A DNA stretch of 64,000 bases from Eledone cirrhosa (Eukaryota). The translations under genes and the position numbers were made by a program. The notes below the pieces were generated by a model. The model ran no database searches. It was given only the letters and a program-made list of their open reading frames with translations, and was not told the DNA's origin. The stretch is taken from contig OZ024747.1 in the NCBI GenBank assembly GCA_964016885.1, positions 91,202,001 through 91,266,000 on the forward strand. Reading direction: 5' to 3'. Every line of letters starts with the position of its first letter. Position 1 is the stretch's first letter. Of this stretch, positions 14,030-30,684 are shown in pieces.

Positions 14030-14195
14030 GCAGACCTCAAGCATACCTGGACTCCATACTGCTGAGCTCCGTCGGGCCGTCTGAGGAAGGAGCCCCGCGA
14101 GCTGGGGTGGCTGTTGCAACGGCTGTCGCTAGCCATTGTCCGTAAGGCGCAGACCCATCACCGCCGCGCCCTAAGCCCAGAGCCCAATCACCCTC
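14030..14195 (+). mobile_element. CRE-like non-LTR retrotransposon 3' end (decayed)
   Basis: Similar to 49280-49490 (gtctgaggaaggagccccgcgagctggggtggctgttgca..ccgccgcgccctaag). Confidence 0.6.
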
Positions 14196-14239
14196 GCCCT
14201 CCCGCATTTCGTTCAGAAGAACAATATAAATATAATGTC

Positions 14240-15065
14240 GTTGATAAACACAAATATAAATACTTTGTAGAATTAAAGAGATTTTAATTCAATTGTACAT
14301 AAATTCTCTAATAGGGAAGTGAATGAGAAAATTTAACAAAACGTGAGGAATGGGGAGAGGCAAACTGTTGCAAGGTAAGCTTTAAAAAAAGGAGGAAAGT
14401 TGGTTCGGAAAATATTTACCACATGCTTATAGAATCATGTAGTAAAGTAATTTCCTATTGTAATAGTTGTTAAGGTTAAACGCCACTGGTGAAAAATAAC
14501 TAACACCAAGAAGAGACCTGAGATTGCTGATGTATGAGAGGTTACTCGCATTGGACGTTGGTACATGTAATGCAAAGTTGGGTGTACGGCTATAACTTAC
14601 TTTGATGATGTTTTTGTTAAATAGCTTGTGGTATTTGTTTCATTCTGTTAAAGTAGAAATTTTGCAAGTTGAACCATGAGAATTCTTTTTAACACTGTAT
14701 ACGTGACTTTGGGTTAAAGGTAGGCCTAATTGTGTAATAGACACCTTCCTTGAAGCCACGTACTATCAGTACATCATTATCCTAGCGAATGTTGATATTT
14801 TTGAGTAGATTATTAAAAGGAATTTGGGTGGTTGGATGTTTTGTTAATATATATTAGTGTTTCATTGGGTTTTATAAAGAAGTGTTTGGTGTTTTTCCAT
14901 AAAATTAATGTAATATCGAGGACGTTGTGTTTAGGTTTGAGATTATTGGTATTCCTGAGACTAGTTTTTTTAAAGAATGTTGATGCATTTTCCCCCATAA
15001 ATTTATCAAATTGATGACCGCTTTTATTTTTCATACTATGAACGCATCATCTTTATATAGGACAT
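14240..15065 (-). pseudogene. Decayed Naiad-like PLE RT/EN fragment
   Basis: LYKDDA at about 15043-15060, then NVLDITL and KPNETLIYINKTSNHP, homologous to motifs in the 1453-2811 frame; many stops. Confidence 0.7.
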
Positions 15066-15761
15066 AGTAGTATTTTGCTAAATTTTCTGTGTTATATGCT
15101 GACGGGTGCCGGATCGCCCCTTTTTATCTATAAAACATACGTCACATCCCACATTTTTACAAACCTTAACTGAATCATTGCTACCCATCGATACGTTGAA
15201 GTATGTTGAACCGTTTTTCATTTATAGAGCCTCATCAAAGAGAAGCAAAGTTTACAATTTCAAAGATTTGAACTGAATGATTGCCACCCACCGTGTTGGT
15301 GGTGTAGCAGCCTTTTTTTAAAGTATATATAGGTCCGTTAAATTCTTTGAGAAAAATCCCATGTCTTTATTTTTCTCGTAACAGGTTTTGCGCTGTTGTG
15401 CTTTGGGAGTCATAGACTTTTGGAGAATATTTCCTTGAAAATCTGTTCATTACTGTTAGAGCATGTATTAAAACGTATTAGATTCAAGAGATTAGGTTTG
15501 AACCGATCTTTTTGCTGCTACCAAGGTGAAATCTATGTGCGAGACATAAAGTCTAACTAACGTTTCAGAGGTATTCCTGGATTACCATTAACCACTATCT
15601 CATCACAAAATACTCAGTTTTCTGATTCCTCATGCCTGTTTTGTTTGTTGTATTAAGTAGGTTCATGGATGAAAATCCAATTAGGATGGGATTCACAATG
15701 CAGCTTGTAGTTAAGTTGTACAGTTTTCTAAAACCAGATGGAGGTATATAATGCGTCAATA

Positions 15762-15844
<83 letters not shown>

Positions 15845-15949
15845 TATATATAGTTGTATGGTTGCATGATAAATGCGTCCGTAGGCTGTATACCGGTTGA
15901 GCACTCGATGCTCGCGTAGAGCAGAGTACAGAATCGGTTCATATACTAA

Positions 15950-16041
15950 GCATATCTGACGACCTTTCGATTACAGAGTCAGGTTCGATCTATAATAGAT
16001 CTTGCCTCGAGCTGATCAATAGAGAAACATATGTAATATGT
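15950..16041 (+). ncRNA. Hammerhead ribozyme, type I, with long stem II
   Basis: gcatat CTGACGA [61-nt stem II with gatctat-a-atagatc apex] GAAA catatg TA atatgt. Confidence 0.7.
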
Positions 16042-16114
16042 TATTAAATGTGCTATGATGCAACACTGAATCCTTGTTCCTTATCCTTATAGTATATATA
16101 TATATACTATATAA

Positions 16115-16300
16115 GGGCGGGGAATTGGCAGTATCGGTAGAGGATTGAACGCCATGCTTTCTAGCATAGTTACGTCCCTTTACAGTCTGAGCTCAAATCC
16201 CGCCGAGGTTAACTTTGCCTTTCATCCTTACGGGGTCGATAAAATAAAGTACCAGTAATGTACTGGGTAATTGCTGGCCTTGTGCCTAAAGTAGAAACAC
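16115..16300 (+). mobile_element. SINE family A
   Basis: Full head, core and tail present. Confidence 0.85.
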
Positions 16301-16595
16301 TTATAGTATATATATATATATATTTAAAGGAATTCGAAGATTGAAAGCCACGGCAATGCGGGTTTAAATGGAGAAAAATTAAATCGTAAGATTTCAAGAT
16401 TAATATTTTTCTGTCAAGGAAAATAAAGGAACTATTCCAAAGTCCAATGTGGCTTGCTAAACCATGTAGGCCGGAAGTGGTTTTATTATTTATTAATTTT
16501 TTTCTAACCTATTTTGTTTTTTAAATTAAGGTCTGGACAGGTCGTGGTTTTCAAACTTTTATATCATATAGAATGCTTCAAGAAAACTACAAATT

Positions 16596-16655
<60 letters not shown>

Positions 16656-16659
<4 letters not shown>

Positions 16660-16800
16660 GTTACACAACAGTTAGTTCATCATACCGAGACAATTGTTCT
16701 CGGTATGGTGAACTAACTGTTGTGTAACCACTTCTACCTAACTCGTCCCATGGACTGAGTGTTCTACCACCACGGATATTACCTTCCAGTGTTCTACCAC
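16656..16800 (+). repeat. TA-embedded fold-back island (hairpin 16656-16732 plus tail)
   Basis: agtggttacacaacagttagttcatcataccgaga-caattgt-tctcggtatggtgaactaactgttgtgtaaccact. Confidence 0.8.
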
Positions 16801-17668
16801 TATATATATATAGATATATAGATATAGATATATACTATCATATTACTCGATGGAGCTTGTGGCAAAGGATATTATAGGCAAAGATGCTTGAATGTTCAAT
16901 TATCCTTAACCCGCCTCTTGACAATCTGGTCATAGTCTTATTTCCTTTCACTTCAATCAATTGCAATACTTTTCTTCTATATTTTCTTTAATCATTATCA
17001 AATACTAGCATGTGTAGTGTGTATTTTGATATTATACGCAAGTAAATATACATGTAGATATGATACGTCAAATAAAATCGTAATTGACAATATACACAGA
17101 AATTGAAGAGGTCCGTGTTACACTGTCTTATGTAATCAGTAACGTAATCCATGATACATTAAAAAAAGACGATATTATATATAAACTGCATTAGCAAAAA
17201 ATTAGTGACAGAAAATTAATATGTTTATTTAAGCGATTGCCACCGGAAGTGTTGACATTTGAAAAATTTAAAGAAGTGAATCTTTAAATAAATAATAATA
17301 TATTTAATGAACAGCCACGAAATTTAGTAGATAAATTATGTAATGTTCATTCATTATTTATTCAAAGTAATCCAACTTATTTTACTAATGAGATAAAAAA
17401 TTATAAACCGTACACAGTCCCGCGCTTCTTACTTTATTATAGTTTAGATATATCTACTAAATTAGCGTGATTTTCTTTCATGTATCTATGGAGTGCCATT
17501 GGGGTGGGCGGTTTGATGTTGATGCTATTGTTGGTTTTGACGGAAGAAAAATACTTTGATAAATATACTATCTATTTAGATGGATAGATATATAGGTAGG
17601 TAGCTAGCTAGATAGATAGATGTTCTTATTGTTCGAAGATAGTAACGTACATAAGTAGATAGCTATAG

Positions 17669-17861
17669 CAGACCTGTCAACGCTACCCGTCCGATGGGGA
17701 GATTTGAAATAGCCTTTGGCGTAGGTGAGAAATGTCTTCTCTTGTGAAAATGAGTATAGCTTTCCCTATGTCAAATCTCCCCGTTTTGCCTCATTTCTCC
17801 CCGTTTTGGGGCACTTTTCTTATGGTACACCCCGTTTGGGTTTTTAGAACTTGACAGGTAT
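17669..17861. mobile_element. MITE (hAT-like, CAGACCTGTCAAC TIR)
   Basis: TIRs cagacctgtcaa and ttgacaggtatg, flanked by ctatag on both sides; related copies at 22575-22685, 23518-23689, 38174-38338 and 54957-55330. Confidence 0.75.
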
Positions 17862-19296
17862 GCTATAGATAATTTTTTGTTAAACTAATGACCAGCTAGA
17901 ATTTTGAGACATGTTGTGAACACGCAACACAGTGAAAGAGGCAGGGAAAGATAAAGCATATACATTCTCAACTTATTACTCGCCAGTTAAATGTATTACA
18001 AAATGGTTGTCAACTGATCATGCCTTTTATTATAATAAATATATTCAGATATCACTAATTCGTTTTTTTTCTTCGAGTGGCCACTGGCTTCAAGCGACGA
18101 AGGAATACATTGCCTGGCGAAAACGGCTATGAAATTCCATCCTGAATCTGAGCATACATCAGTAAATAAAATAAAGATTGAATAGAATTAGGATTTAGCT
18201 TCATGCATAGCTGTATACAGATATGTATTAGAATTTCTTATTTTTAAAGAAATACGGTATGTTTACAGGTAAACATTTAGAAAGCCGTAGCTATGCAAAA
18301 CACCGGGGCTAACGCCCTCTGGTAGTGTCCAGTAGAAGCAAGGGGGAAATCGTCGATGCATTTCGAACTTAACTGGTTCTTATCAGAACGATTCCTCCCA
18401 CACTTGCGACTGCTGGACTTGAAAACAGACGAGAATATATGTTCTCGTCTGTGTAAGTGAGGTGATTAATCTCATTTGCATATGAAGCTGCTTAAGTTGG
18501 CTCCACATGACCACCGAGCGCACGCCACGCTACATACACATTTTATTAATTATGCGAAGGAATGGGGGAAAATGTCTACGAATTTTAAAACCCTGACAAT
18601 GAATGAATTGAACTGGAAAAGAGGAGAGGTTTCCTCCTAAATGGCTGGATGTCATTGGAAATTTATATGTCGTTAGGAAATTAGAGACGTTGTCGCCATA
18701 TTATTTACATTTGCTGTACATATATAAAACAAAGAAATATAACCTTTGTGTGTCCTATTGTAAATATTTGTCTGAGCAACACAATATACCTTCCCTGCAT
18801 CTCTTTTTTTTTGCGTCTCGATATCTCTTTTCCTATATCTATCCCTCTACAATTTATGACATCAAAATCTGTTTTTATCTTTTTCTCTCTCTCTGGTCAT
18901 GAAAACCATATTCAATTACACATCATCCATCCTCTCAGTCTGTCTATCTGTATCTCTGTCTCTTTCAGCGCAACGGCAGAGCGTATATGAAGAACATAAG
19001 GAGAAAATTTGTTAGTAAGGTCGTAAGAGTGAAAAACAGGCGGATATCAAGAGAAAAAAGTAGATAGATGGACTTTATAGAAAGTTACTCACAGTAGAGA
19101 AATATCTATACATACAGATACACAATGCATATCATTATATTGAATTACCTAAACATAGAGAATACTATTTCGTTTAATAAACACTGGTTAAAACTATTGT
19201 AATTTAGCTAATTAATACATCTTATTACTTAGAAATACTTATCAGAGGATAAACAAAAAAAAAATTAGCTGTGTTACTAGTATTATTTTGTCTAAA

Positions 19297-19428
19297 GACG
19301 GTGGATTGGCAGTATCGGTAGAGGGTCGGACGCCATGCTTTGCAGTATAGAGTTAGGGGGTCGTTAAAATAAAGTACCAGTAATGCACTGGGATAATTAC
19401 TGGCCTTGTGCCAAAAGTCGAAATAATT
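19297..19428 (+). mobile_element. SINE family A, internally deleted
   Basis: Head joined directly to ggggtcgttaaaataaagtaccag. Confidence 0.7.
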
Positions 19429-19846
19429 ATTTTGTCTAATTTTAGCAAAGACGTGTTACAAATCTGTACAAGTTAAACCTCCACTGCCAAGTATAGACTT
19501 CTTCGTATTTGTGAAAAGAGAATCAGTTTCATAATGTCGCCTTACTTTCTACGTGTATATTAACTTACTGTTAAGACAAAAGTTACTGCCAACCAGAAAC
19601 ACGATCCAATTACTTGCGGCAGAGTGAAATCCACTAGAATCACCCAAGAGTTAGTGATAAACTGGTAGACAGATTAAATTTATTATCAAAGGGTACGTAC
19701 GGCTCATTCTTCAAGGTCCACACGTTATTAGCTTATTTCATTTCCTTCACAAATTTAGGTCGGCTCAAGGTTTCGCACAGTATTAACTAACCGGAAATAT
19801 AGTACAAAGCGAATTTCTTAATTGCTTACCTTCACTTGATTAATTA

Positions 19847-20010
19847 TTGTTTCTACTTTTGGCACAATGCCAGCAATTATCCCAATGTGCATTACTGGTA
19901 CTGTAGGGATGAAAGGCAAAGTTAACCTCGGCGGGATTTGATCTCAGACCGTAAAGGGGCGTAACTGTGCTGCAAAGCATGCCGTCCGATACTGTCAAAT
20001 GCAACATCCT
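19847..20010 (-). mobile_element. SINE family A
   Basis: gggatgaaaggcaaagttaacctcggcgggatttga. Confidence 0.75.
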
Positions 20011-20778
20011 TCGCGATAAAAATAATCTATATTGTTACCTACGAGTGTGTGTGGAGAGAGACAGAAAGAGGGAGGGGAAGGACAAAGTCAGTGATAGAAA
20101 GGTTTAAGGGTTGCTGATGGGGAAATGTTTATAGTGGTTGTTGTTGTTGTCGACTATGACTACATTAACCAATGCTACTGTTCTATATTTCAGAAGATAG
20201 TGTGTGGTTTAAGGAGAATTCCTCTGCTATTTCTAGCAAATGGCGTGACCCTAAAGACGCTTTCGGTAAATATGTTTTTGTCGATAATGAGAGCGTACAT
20301 TTATTTTGAATCATGCAAACACTGCATAGTAGAGGAAACCATATGCAGGCGTTACCTTGAACCCAATATTAATGCAACTGATTTAGAATGTTCCTGACGA
20401 TAACAATTCCTGCTAATGACAAGAGAGTATTGAAGAAACTGAAGAGATTCCTAACCAGAACAAAACAACCATTTTATGTTGTTTGCAACTTAAAATATAT
20501 AACTCCCTACTCATACAACTTGTATTTCGTGTCTATGTTACATAATTGATGAAACATATTAAGAAAATAGACTATATTTATACAAGGGCCTTTCTTCCTA
20601 CGTTTTATCAAACAAAGAAACGATTAAGAAGGAAAGAGAGAAGCTTCGGTATTTAATCTACAGTAATATTCTTCATGTTCATTCAACCACTGCTGCCAAG
20701 CTGTTAATATAAGGAGCTTCTCTTATATTATGTCTAACACACTTACATACATATACTCACATACTCAACATTGATAAG

Positions 20779-20809
<31 letters not shown>

Positions 20810-21025
20810 TTGCAAATTATAAGTTTATGTGTGTTTATATATATATGTATATATACATACAGACACACGCATTCAAACTTGCATATACACATACATGCAG
20901 AAATGCGGGTGGTGGACACACACATGCATATATATATATATACACACCCACATGTATCTACTACCACTAGCATCTCTCTCTCTATATATATATGTATATA
21001 CACCCACATGTATTTACTACTACTA

Positions 21026-21109
<84 letters not shown>

Positions 21110-21887
21110 CTAGGGGATGAGATATGTGAGTCTGCGTGTGTGTATGGTCAGACCTGTGTTTGTATGTGTGTGGATGGGTTGTCTGTTTCTGTATATGTGC
21201 ATTGGATAATTTAATCGCAAGTGAAAGTATGGCTGCTACTGCTAGTGATTGCATTGTAAACAAGAAGCCAGTGTTGTACGATAGTACGAACATAAACGGC
21301 TAGTAATTACATACAATGAATAGTCTAAGCTGATGACGTTATCTCGTCAATAACACAGAGATTGGAGGGTCTTCACTTCATACAGTTCCTTAGATAACCA
21401 AATTTAGATAGCATTCAATTGATATCTAAGATAACATGTAGAAAATAGTCCAGAGAATTGGGATATATATCTAAATCCCGCTCCTTATAGCAAATTATAC
21501 TTTCTTTATTCGCCCTTTTTACAGTTAAGCTCTGGGCTGATATTAACACCATATTAACAGCCTCTAAATTAACCAAATTTCTTATTTATTTTAAGTATTT
21601 TGTTTTGTACTTTAAATATTATGAATTGTTCTATATTTGTGGAGCTAAACTGATTATTAGTACATCCCATTAGTGTGAGGCAAAACGTGCGGCTAAGTGG
21701 TTAATTTGTAAGATTTTGCAATCATAGAGGTGTGATTTCTATTCCGTGTTATGTCCATAGGCAATATATTTCAAATTAGTTTCACATTAATTTCATATTA
21801 GTCCACATAGCTGGCAATAATTAATTGAACCTGTAATTCAAATGTTCAACTTTTACACACACCAGTGCTATACTATGTTTCAGGAAC

Positions 21888-22283
21888 AGGGTCTTGACTG
21901 TGTTAATTGGACGACAGGGTCACTTCAAAAGCTCTCTACATTCCAGAACCACATCATCAGACTTATGACTGACAAGCGGCTCAGCGACCATATCTGTATC
22001 AGTGAGCTGCTCAACATTACCAAACTTAGACTAATTACATCAATTGTCAAGTCAAGAGTACTCAAACTATACGGTCATATAAAAAGATCAACTCGTGGTG
22101 TGAGTAAGTTATGCCTGAAAGGAAAGGCTGGCAGCCAACACGATGGCTTGACAATGTCAATTTATGGACTGGACTTGATCTTTGCTCTTTAACTCTGTTG
22201 CTGGTGATCGGACTTTGTGGAGAGAGATATCTCATGTTGATGCGCAGTCTGCAACTGGCGGAGTTTAGCGGCACACAAGAAGA
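21888..22283 (+). mobile_element. RTE-type LINE 3' fragment
   Basis: GLDCVNW..FQNHIIRLMT..RVLKLYGHIKR; ends in gcaactggcggagtttagc plus short-repeat tail; close relative at 38430-39025. Confidence 0.75.
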
Positions 22284-23517
22284 ATGTGTCATACTGAATC
22301 TTGCTGTGAACTATCTTATGTATGAAGGAATCAGTGAAATAGTCAGCCACTTTCACTTGAATTTTATGAGCTGGCTGGAACACTCACCGTTGGATCTGAC
22401 GGGGATCCATTCCATTCCTGTATTCCGAGGACGAAAATAAAACAGTCTTAATATAGAAGGAGTCAAAACAACAATACTATACTCATATTGAAATTACTTA
22501 GAAAATTTATGTGGTCATTATACTTGCTACATTCAGCCTGAAACTTCGTATTGATTTAACAATGGACAGATACAGAACTGCCAACCTCTAAAAACCCAAT
22601 CGGAGAGTACCATGAAAAAAGTGCCCCAAGACAGAGAGAAATGAGACAAAATGGGGAGGTTTTACATAATGAAAGCTATACCTCTTTTGGTCATTCCCTG
22701 AAAGTTTCTTGGTCAGTCTGTGAACTTTTTAGGTGACCCTCGTATCAATTATAATAACAATCTAAACATTGAAACGACGCACAGCATAGTAATAGCTTCT
22801 GAACAATATATTCACTCATATTGAAACATAAAAGATTAAAGATAAAAAACGTCTACATGGGTCACATATGTGTTGTCTGAGGGCCACTCACGACATCTAA
22901 TTGTGGACATTACAACTAATTTTATGAAGATAAAACATGCTGAAGCTGTAAAACCCTTTGTGCGAGCCGCATGTTCGATATGCCTGGTCTACAAACATAT
23001 CTCACCAACGTTTTCACAGCCATTTGTTCTGCTCTCAACATCTAGATATCCACGATTGTATGATGATCTCCAGTTCTCTTCTGTCACAAGACGAAACACA
23101 TTAAACAGTATTTTTAATGCTTCAAATAGCTAAATAGGTAAATAAAGTAAAAACATATCCTAGAAAACAACATAAAAATCAACTCCAATTGCACAACGGA
23201 AATAGTTCGATACAAAATCCTGTTAGTGACACGATCCACAACACAAAACAGAAATACAACTCACCTTCAAACAATTAAACAGAGTAGTAACAGGAAATAT
23301 TTATATGCAAGATAAATAACAATACAAGTTGTAAAACATTATAGAAAATAATTAGCAGTATTACATTTTACAATAGCGAATACATATAACATACCCACAC
23401 TGCAACAGTAATCAAAGGCAATTATCAAGTATTTCTCTAAATTAGCCACCGATAGTCGCACGAAGAAAAGTAATTTACAAAATTCAAGCTGCATATGAAA
23501 GGTTCCTGGCTTTAAAG

Positions 23518-23689
23518 CAGACCTGCCAACCTCTAAAAACCCAAACGGAGAGTACCATAAAAAGTGCCCCCAAAACGGGGATAAATGGGGGAAAATGGGG
23601 AGGGGGTACATAATGAATACTATACCCATTTTCACGAGAGAAGACATTTATCAACCCAACCCCTTGGATGGGAAGAGTTGACAGATCTG
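23518..23689. mobile_element. MITE, same family as 17669
   Basis: cagacctgccaac ... gttgacagatctg. Confidence 0.75.
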
Positions 23690-24104
23690 TTTAAATGTAT
23701 CGTGAAAGGGTAGAGTTCTAACCATTACAGAGGAGGTAAGACCATTGCAATATGTGAGAGAGGAATATGTTGAATAAAATCATGGTTAACTTTTCCTCCT
23801 GTATTTTCTTTTACCCAAAACCAAACCAGGAACTTTTCAACACCCCCTCGCATTTCCACTTAGACGGGGAAAGAAACCTCTTCCTTTCATCAGGCTCTAG
23901 AAAAGCAATAGAGTAATACACACAAACATACACGTAAAACATTTAGGGTCTCACTAGTTTCATTAAACGTTAGGGATGCTGCAAAATCTCATGAGAATTT
24001 GGTAATTGGGCAACCTAATTGCAACTTTAAAGTCATCGAAATCTCCAAGTAAAGCAGCATAGGTTGAACCTCCTGCACTCAACATAATGGTTTCTAACTC
24101 AGAG

Positions 24105-24505
24105 TCAAGGAAGTGGAAACTTGATTATTCTAGCTTCAGCGCTTTATTGCTACTTTATTTATCGAGCCTGGAGGGACAAAAGGCAAACTTGATCTCGATG
24201 AGGTTTGAAACCAGAACGTAGAGGGTTGTAACAAAATACTGCAATACATTTCATCCGATGCACTAAAGTTTTTGCCAATCCTCTTCTGTTACTGCAGTCA
24301 AAATAATGATTTCTGATTTAAGCACAAGGTCAGCAATTTTGTGGGAGTGGAAAGTCGATTAAATCAACCCCAGTGCGAGAATAATACTTTATTTTATCGA
24401 ACCCGTAATAATGAAAGGCAACTGTAATCTCGGCTGGAATTGAACTCAGAATGTAAAGGGCTGTAACTCTATGCCGCAAAGCAGGTTGTGCGACGCTCTA
24501 CCGCT
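24105..24505 (-). mobile_element. Two tandem decayed SINE family A copies
   Basis: Two actttattt(t)atcga cores at about 24150 and 24385. Confidence 0.65.
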
Positions 24506-25752
24506 CATACATACATAGCTGTACAGGTAGTAGTCTTGTATTCTCAGTTACTTCATGCCACGGACCGGGATAAGCACCTGCCTGATGAACTATCGGGCTC
24601 GAGACAGACTTTAGACTTTTACACGACTTTCCGACAATTTCAAAAAACTTCATACGCAAATGACAATACAATCAAAATGTTCCGCAGCTCCATAAATTAG
24701 GTTGTACAAGTTCACCAGCACTCAAGTCATTGCCCCAGCATGGTCGCAGTCAAATTACTGAAACCAATAAAAAAAATAAAGGGTCCCCTAAAAAGACATT
24801 TAGAAAGAGAGATATAAATCAATACCGGCGAAATTCAACATTTGCATTCGTACCAGCAAATACAATCAACCATCACATTTTGCAATACAAATACACTAGA
24901 GACACATAAGAAAAACAACTTAGAAATTATATACAACACTTCCCTAAAGGTTATAGCACCTGTAACACCAGTGTCACTTAAAAACAAACCGACACGTAGT
25001 TATAGTTTATGAGTTTTAAAATGTTCATATGCTATAACAAAGATGAAGAATCTGGCATTTTGGAAATGCCCCTTCGTTTGGAAAAGTGTGTGTGTGGGGG
25101 AGGGGGAGAATTAAGTGTTTTACTAATTGAACTTATTTTTCTTTGTTAGATTCCGAAGATCAGATTCCTCTCTTTCACATGACATAGAATGGACCTCTGT
25201 CGGTGTCGACGATGGGTATTCTAGATATTCAATCAACGAAATTGCCTATTCACAAAATTAACGTGTAAATGGCAGATTATTCTACAGATTATTCTATAAT
25301 TAGTTGAAATTGTGTTATATACCATTGAAATAAAACGGCATTTTCAATTAATATGATAACTATGGCCATACAACTAAAGATAATTTATACCATGAATTTA
25401 ATGATGACAGAAAATTGTATACTAAATTTACTATTCAAAAGTTAATAACGGTCAAAGACACAATTCATACTTCAAAGTTATCGAAACACATACCATCGTT
25501 TGTCATCTGTTTGCAATGGAAGAAAGTTTCATTCACTGATAAATTCAATAAGTGCATTTTTAGTAAAGCAAGAATCGATGAAATAGAATAAATGTAAATT
25601 TTAAGCGAACTTAGGCCAGGAGATGGTTTCGATTTCCTGCACCTCATTGAGAGGTTCCGTTTGTTAATAACATATAAAGGAAAAACATTTCATTTAAGTT
25701 TATCTTAACATTTATACGGTGAATGTATAGGAAAACATTATATAACACCCAA

Positions 25753-25973
25753 GGGTGGTGGATTGGCAGTATCGCTGGATGGTCGGACGCCATGCTTTGC
25801 AGTATAGAGTTAAGGCCTTTTATGATCTGAGTTCAAATCCCACCGAAGTTAACATTGCCTTTCATCCTTACGGGGTCGATAAAATAAAGTACCAGTCACG
25901 CACTGGTGTCGATTTAATCGACTTTCACATCCCCCAAAATTGCTGGCCTTGTGCCTATATAAGAAACCATTAT
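25753..25973 (+). mobile_element. SINE family A
   Basis: Full head, core and tail present. Confidence 0.85.
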
Positions 25974-26219
25974 CTAACACCCAACTTATCACAAAACCCT
26001 GACCTTCGGATCCCTTTATTGAAATCCATGTAGTTGTCAGTTTTAGACCAGGTATCTTGTTTGAAGATAAATTACTCTCACTGATCTTGGAGCTCCTGAA
26101 AAGGGTCATGGATACTGTATTTGTTTTAGCAGGCTGAGCTATGCAAAGGAAGAAACATTGAATTAATTTTGACATAGGTAATGGAGGAATGTAAAAAAAG
26201 GGGGTGAAAACCCCCTTCG

Positions 26220-26372
26220 GTTACGAATGACCATGTGATTTGAACCTAGAAATTTCACTCAATAATAAATAAAGTGTTTTGCCAAGAACACAACGCAAAC
26301 ACTGGTCTGAGAATCTAATTCACAACCTCAAGATTGTTAGCCCGACGCTCTAGCCACTAAGGCACGCACCTT
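26220..26372 (-). mobile_element. SINE family B-related
   Basis: Reverse complement reads ggtgcgtgccttagtggctagagcgtcggg..gcgttgtgttcttggcaaaacactt. Confidence 0.6.
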
Positions 26373-26909
26373 CATGGAGGAATGTAGCCAAATGAATTGC
26401 CGTTAATATATTACTGTTGCTCCTTTTACATTTCCAAATAGTTGACAAAGTCGACGTTGGATACATTTCAACTTAGAACAAAAGAACGAATGTACTGTAT
26501 CAGTGTTGATAATATGGTGATAGTTTTATTTTTATAAATTCATATATATTCAACATACATCAAATGAATATAAGGTCTGGATGTATAGTGAGGTGGACGG
26601 GACATTTACCCCAGCACCCCCATATCATCTGGAAGCCCCATAAGCGGTGGTGGGACTGCCAAAGGCCCTTGTGGTCTTTTTGGTTTTATATTTTAGACAC
26701 CTCAGAACAATACTCTTAAAATGTTAGTGGTCAATTTACCGAAATTTCTCTAATTTAGGAACATCAAATCGTTACCAGAACAATATTTAACAAAAACATA
26801 CAAATGGCAATTCATCAAATTTCCTCTACTTTAGCGACATCAGATAATTCTGGTAGAAGGTAAGGGGATGTAATCGTCCAGTTTTATGCAAGAATAATGT
26901 GTATATGTG

Positions 26910-26965
<56 letters not shown>

Positions 26966-27699
26966 ATGCATGTGTGCTTGTGTATGTTTTTATGTACATT
27001 TAAGTTCTAAATCCAGTCCTGATTACTATTTTGGTTTGAAGGTGTTCTCATATCTCACGCAGAGGGTCCCTAGATGCTTCGTTTGGGTATTAGTGAAATC
27101 AAACAATTGCTATCAAATTTTGAACTCAACTTGCTAATAATCTACTGCCACATCAGGATTTTACCTTGGTGCCACTATAAATAATCTTTTTCTATATCAC
27201 AACAAAGAAAACCAACTCCGTTGCGGCGATCGTTTGTTTGTTCCAGTTGTAATGGTGTCAAGAGAAACGGTTTTGTTTTAGAAGCTTAATTATGAAGGTG
27301 AAGACCGCTAAGACGAGCTTGGCTAAAAGAAAAATGACGTTTATTGTCAGCAATCTCAAGAGGAGAGTCAACAGCCACAAGACATATACTCACAATCTGC
27401 ATTTATTTCTCAAAGTTGTCATTTACTCCGTATTTATTTATCCTTATAGCTTCATCTTTGCTGTGTTTATATGTCGTCGCTGGTGTTTCTTATTCCCGCC
27501 GTCAGCAGATAACAAGAAACCCATTTTCATAAACGTTGGATAAAGATATATATTCCTAGACACATTTATATAAGTTTAAACAAATATTTTGCCACAGATG
27601 CATCTGTATTTCTTTATGTTGTCAGTTTTTATCTATTTTCTTTCTATCTCCCTCATTCAATCAATCACACACTATATATCTGTCTATTTATCTATCTAT

Positions 27700-29939
<2,240 letters not shown>

Positions 29940-29940
29940 A

Positions 29941-30578
29941 TGTCAGGTCACCAGTTGGTGCTACTGGTAACATGTATCCCAGTACAACCTGTCTCATGGT
30001 CGGGTCGTTGGCGACTAAACTGGCAACCCCACCAAGGTTTCTTGGTGAGGAGGGTGACTTTGGACATCCTGCGGGACTAAAAACAAAACCTGTCAAAGGG
30101 CAAAGGAGCTCTTAAGAGTCAATGGCCATCCAAAATCACCGGGAGAGATGACCCCTTTAGCCTTAGTCAAGGCAGAATTCTAGGAGAAGGAAAACTCTGA
30201 TATAACACCTGCAACCCTGATGGTATCCAATGATGTTGACTTGTTCTTCTTTTTGGTAAATATCATCTTGGTTAAGAGAGTGGGACTGGCTTTGTGCAGT
30301 GCCTTTGCTCACTATAAAAGCTTCACGGCACAGGCATTGCTTTATATCTGGAGATCTCTCTGCACTTGTCCTCACATGGGCCCAGCACTATGTGTCAATA
30401 ATTGTCCTACCATGGGCCTAGCACTATGTGTCAATAATTGTCACAGGTGTAGTGTTTGTACCAGAGGTTTCAAGTCGCTGGCTGGACTGAAAAGTCACAC
30501 TCGTTCAGCGCTTCGGTAGGGGTTATCCTACATGGATGTAAAGTAGTGGCCGTACTCGAAAACGAGTTGGCAGCCACC

Positions 30579-30580
<2 letters not shown>
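29941..30580 (+). mobile_element. Non-autonomous bipartite RTE-derived retroelement
   Basis: RTE-type 5' UTR motif (ctaggagaaggaaaactctga) fused to a C-terminal C2H2 finger ([19 protein letters not shown]) and 3' stem-loop ctcgaaaacgag; second copy at 42092-42656. Confidence 0.7.
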
Positions 30581-30612
<32 letters not shown>

Positions 30613-30631
30613 ATATATATATGTGTGTATA

Positions 30632-30684
<53 letters not shown>

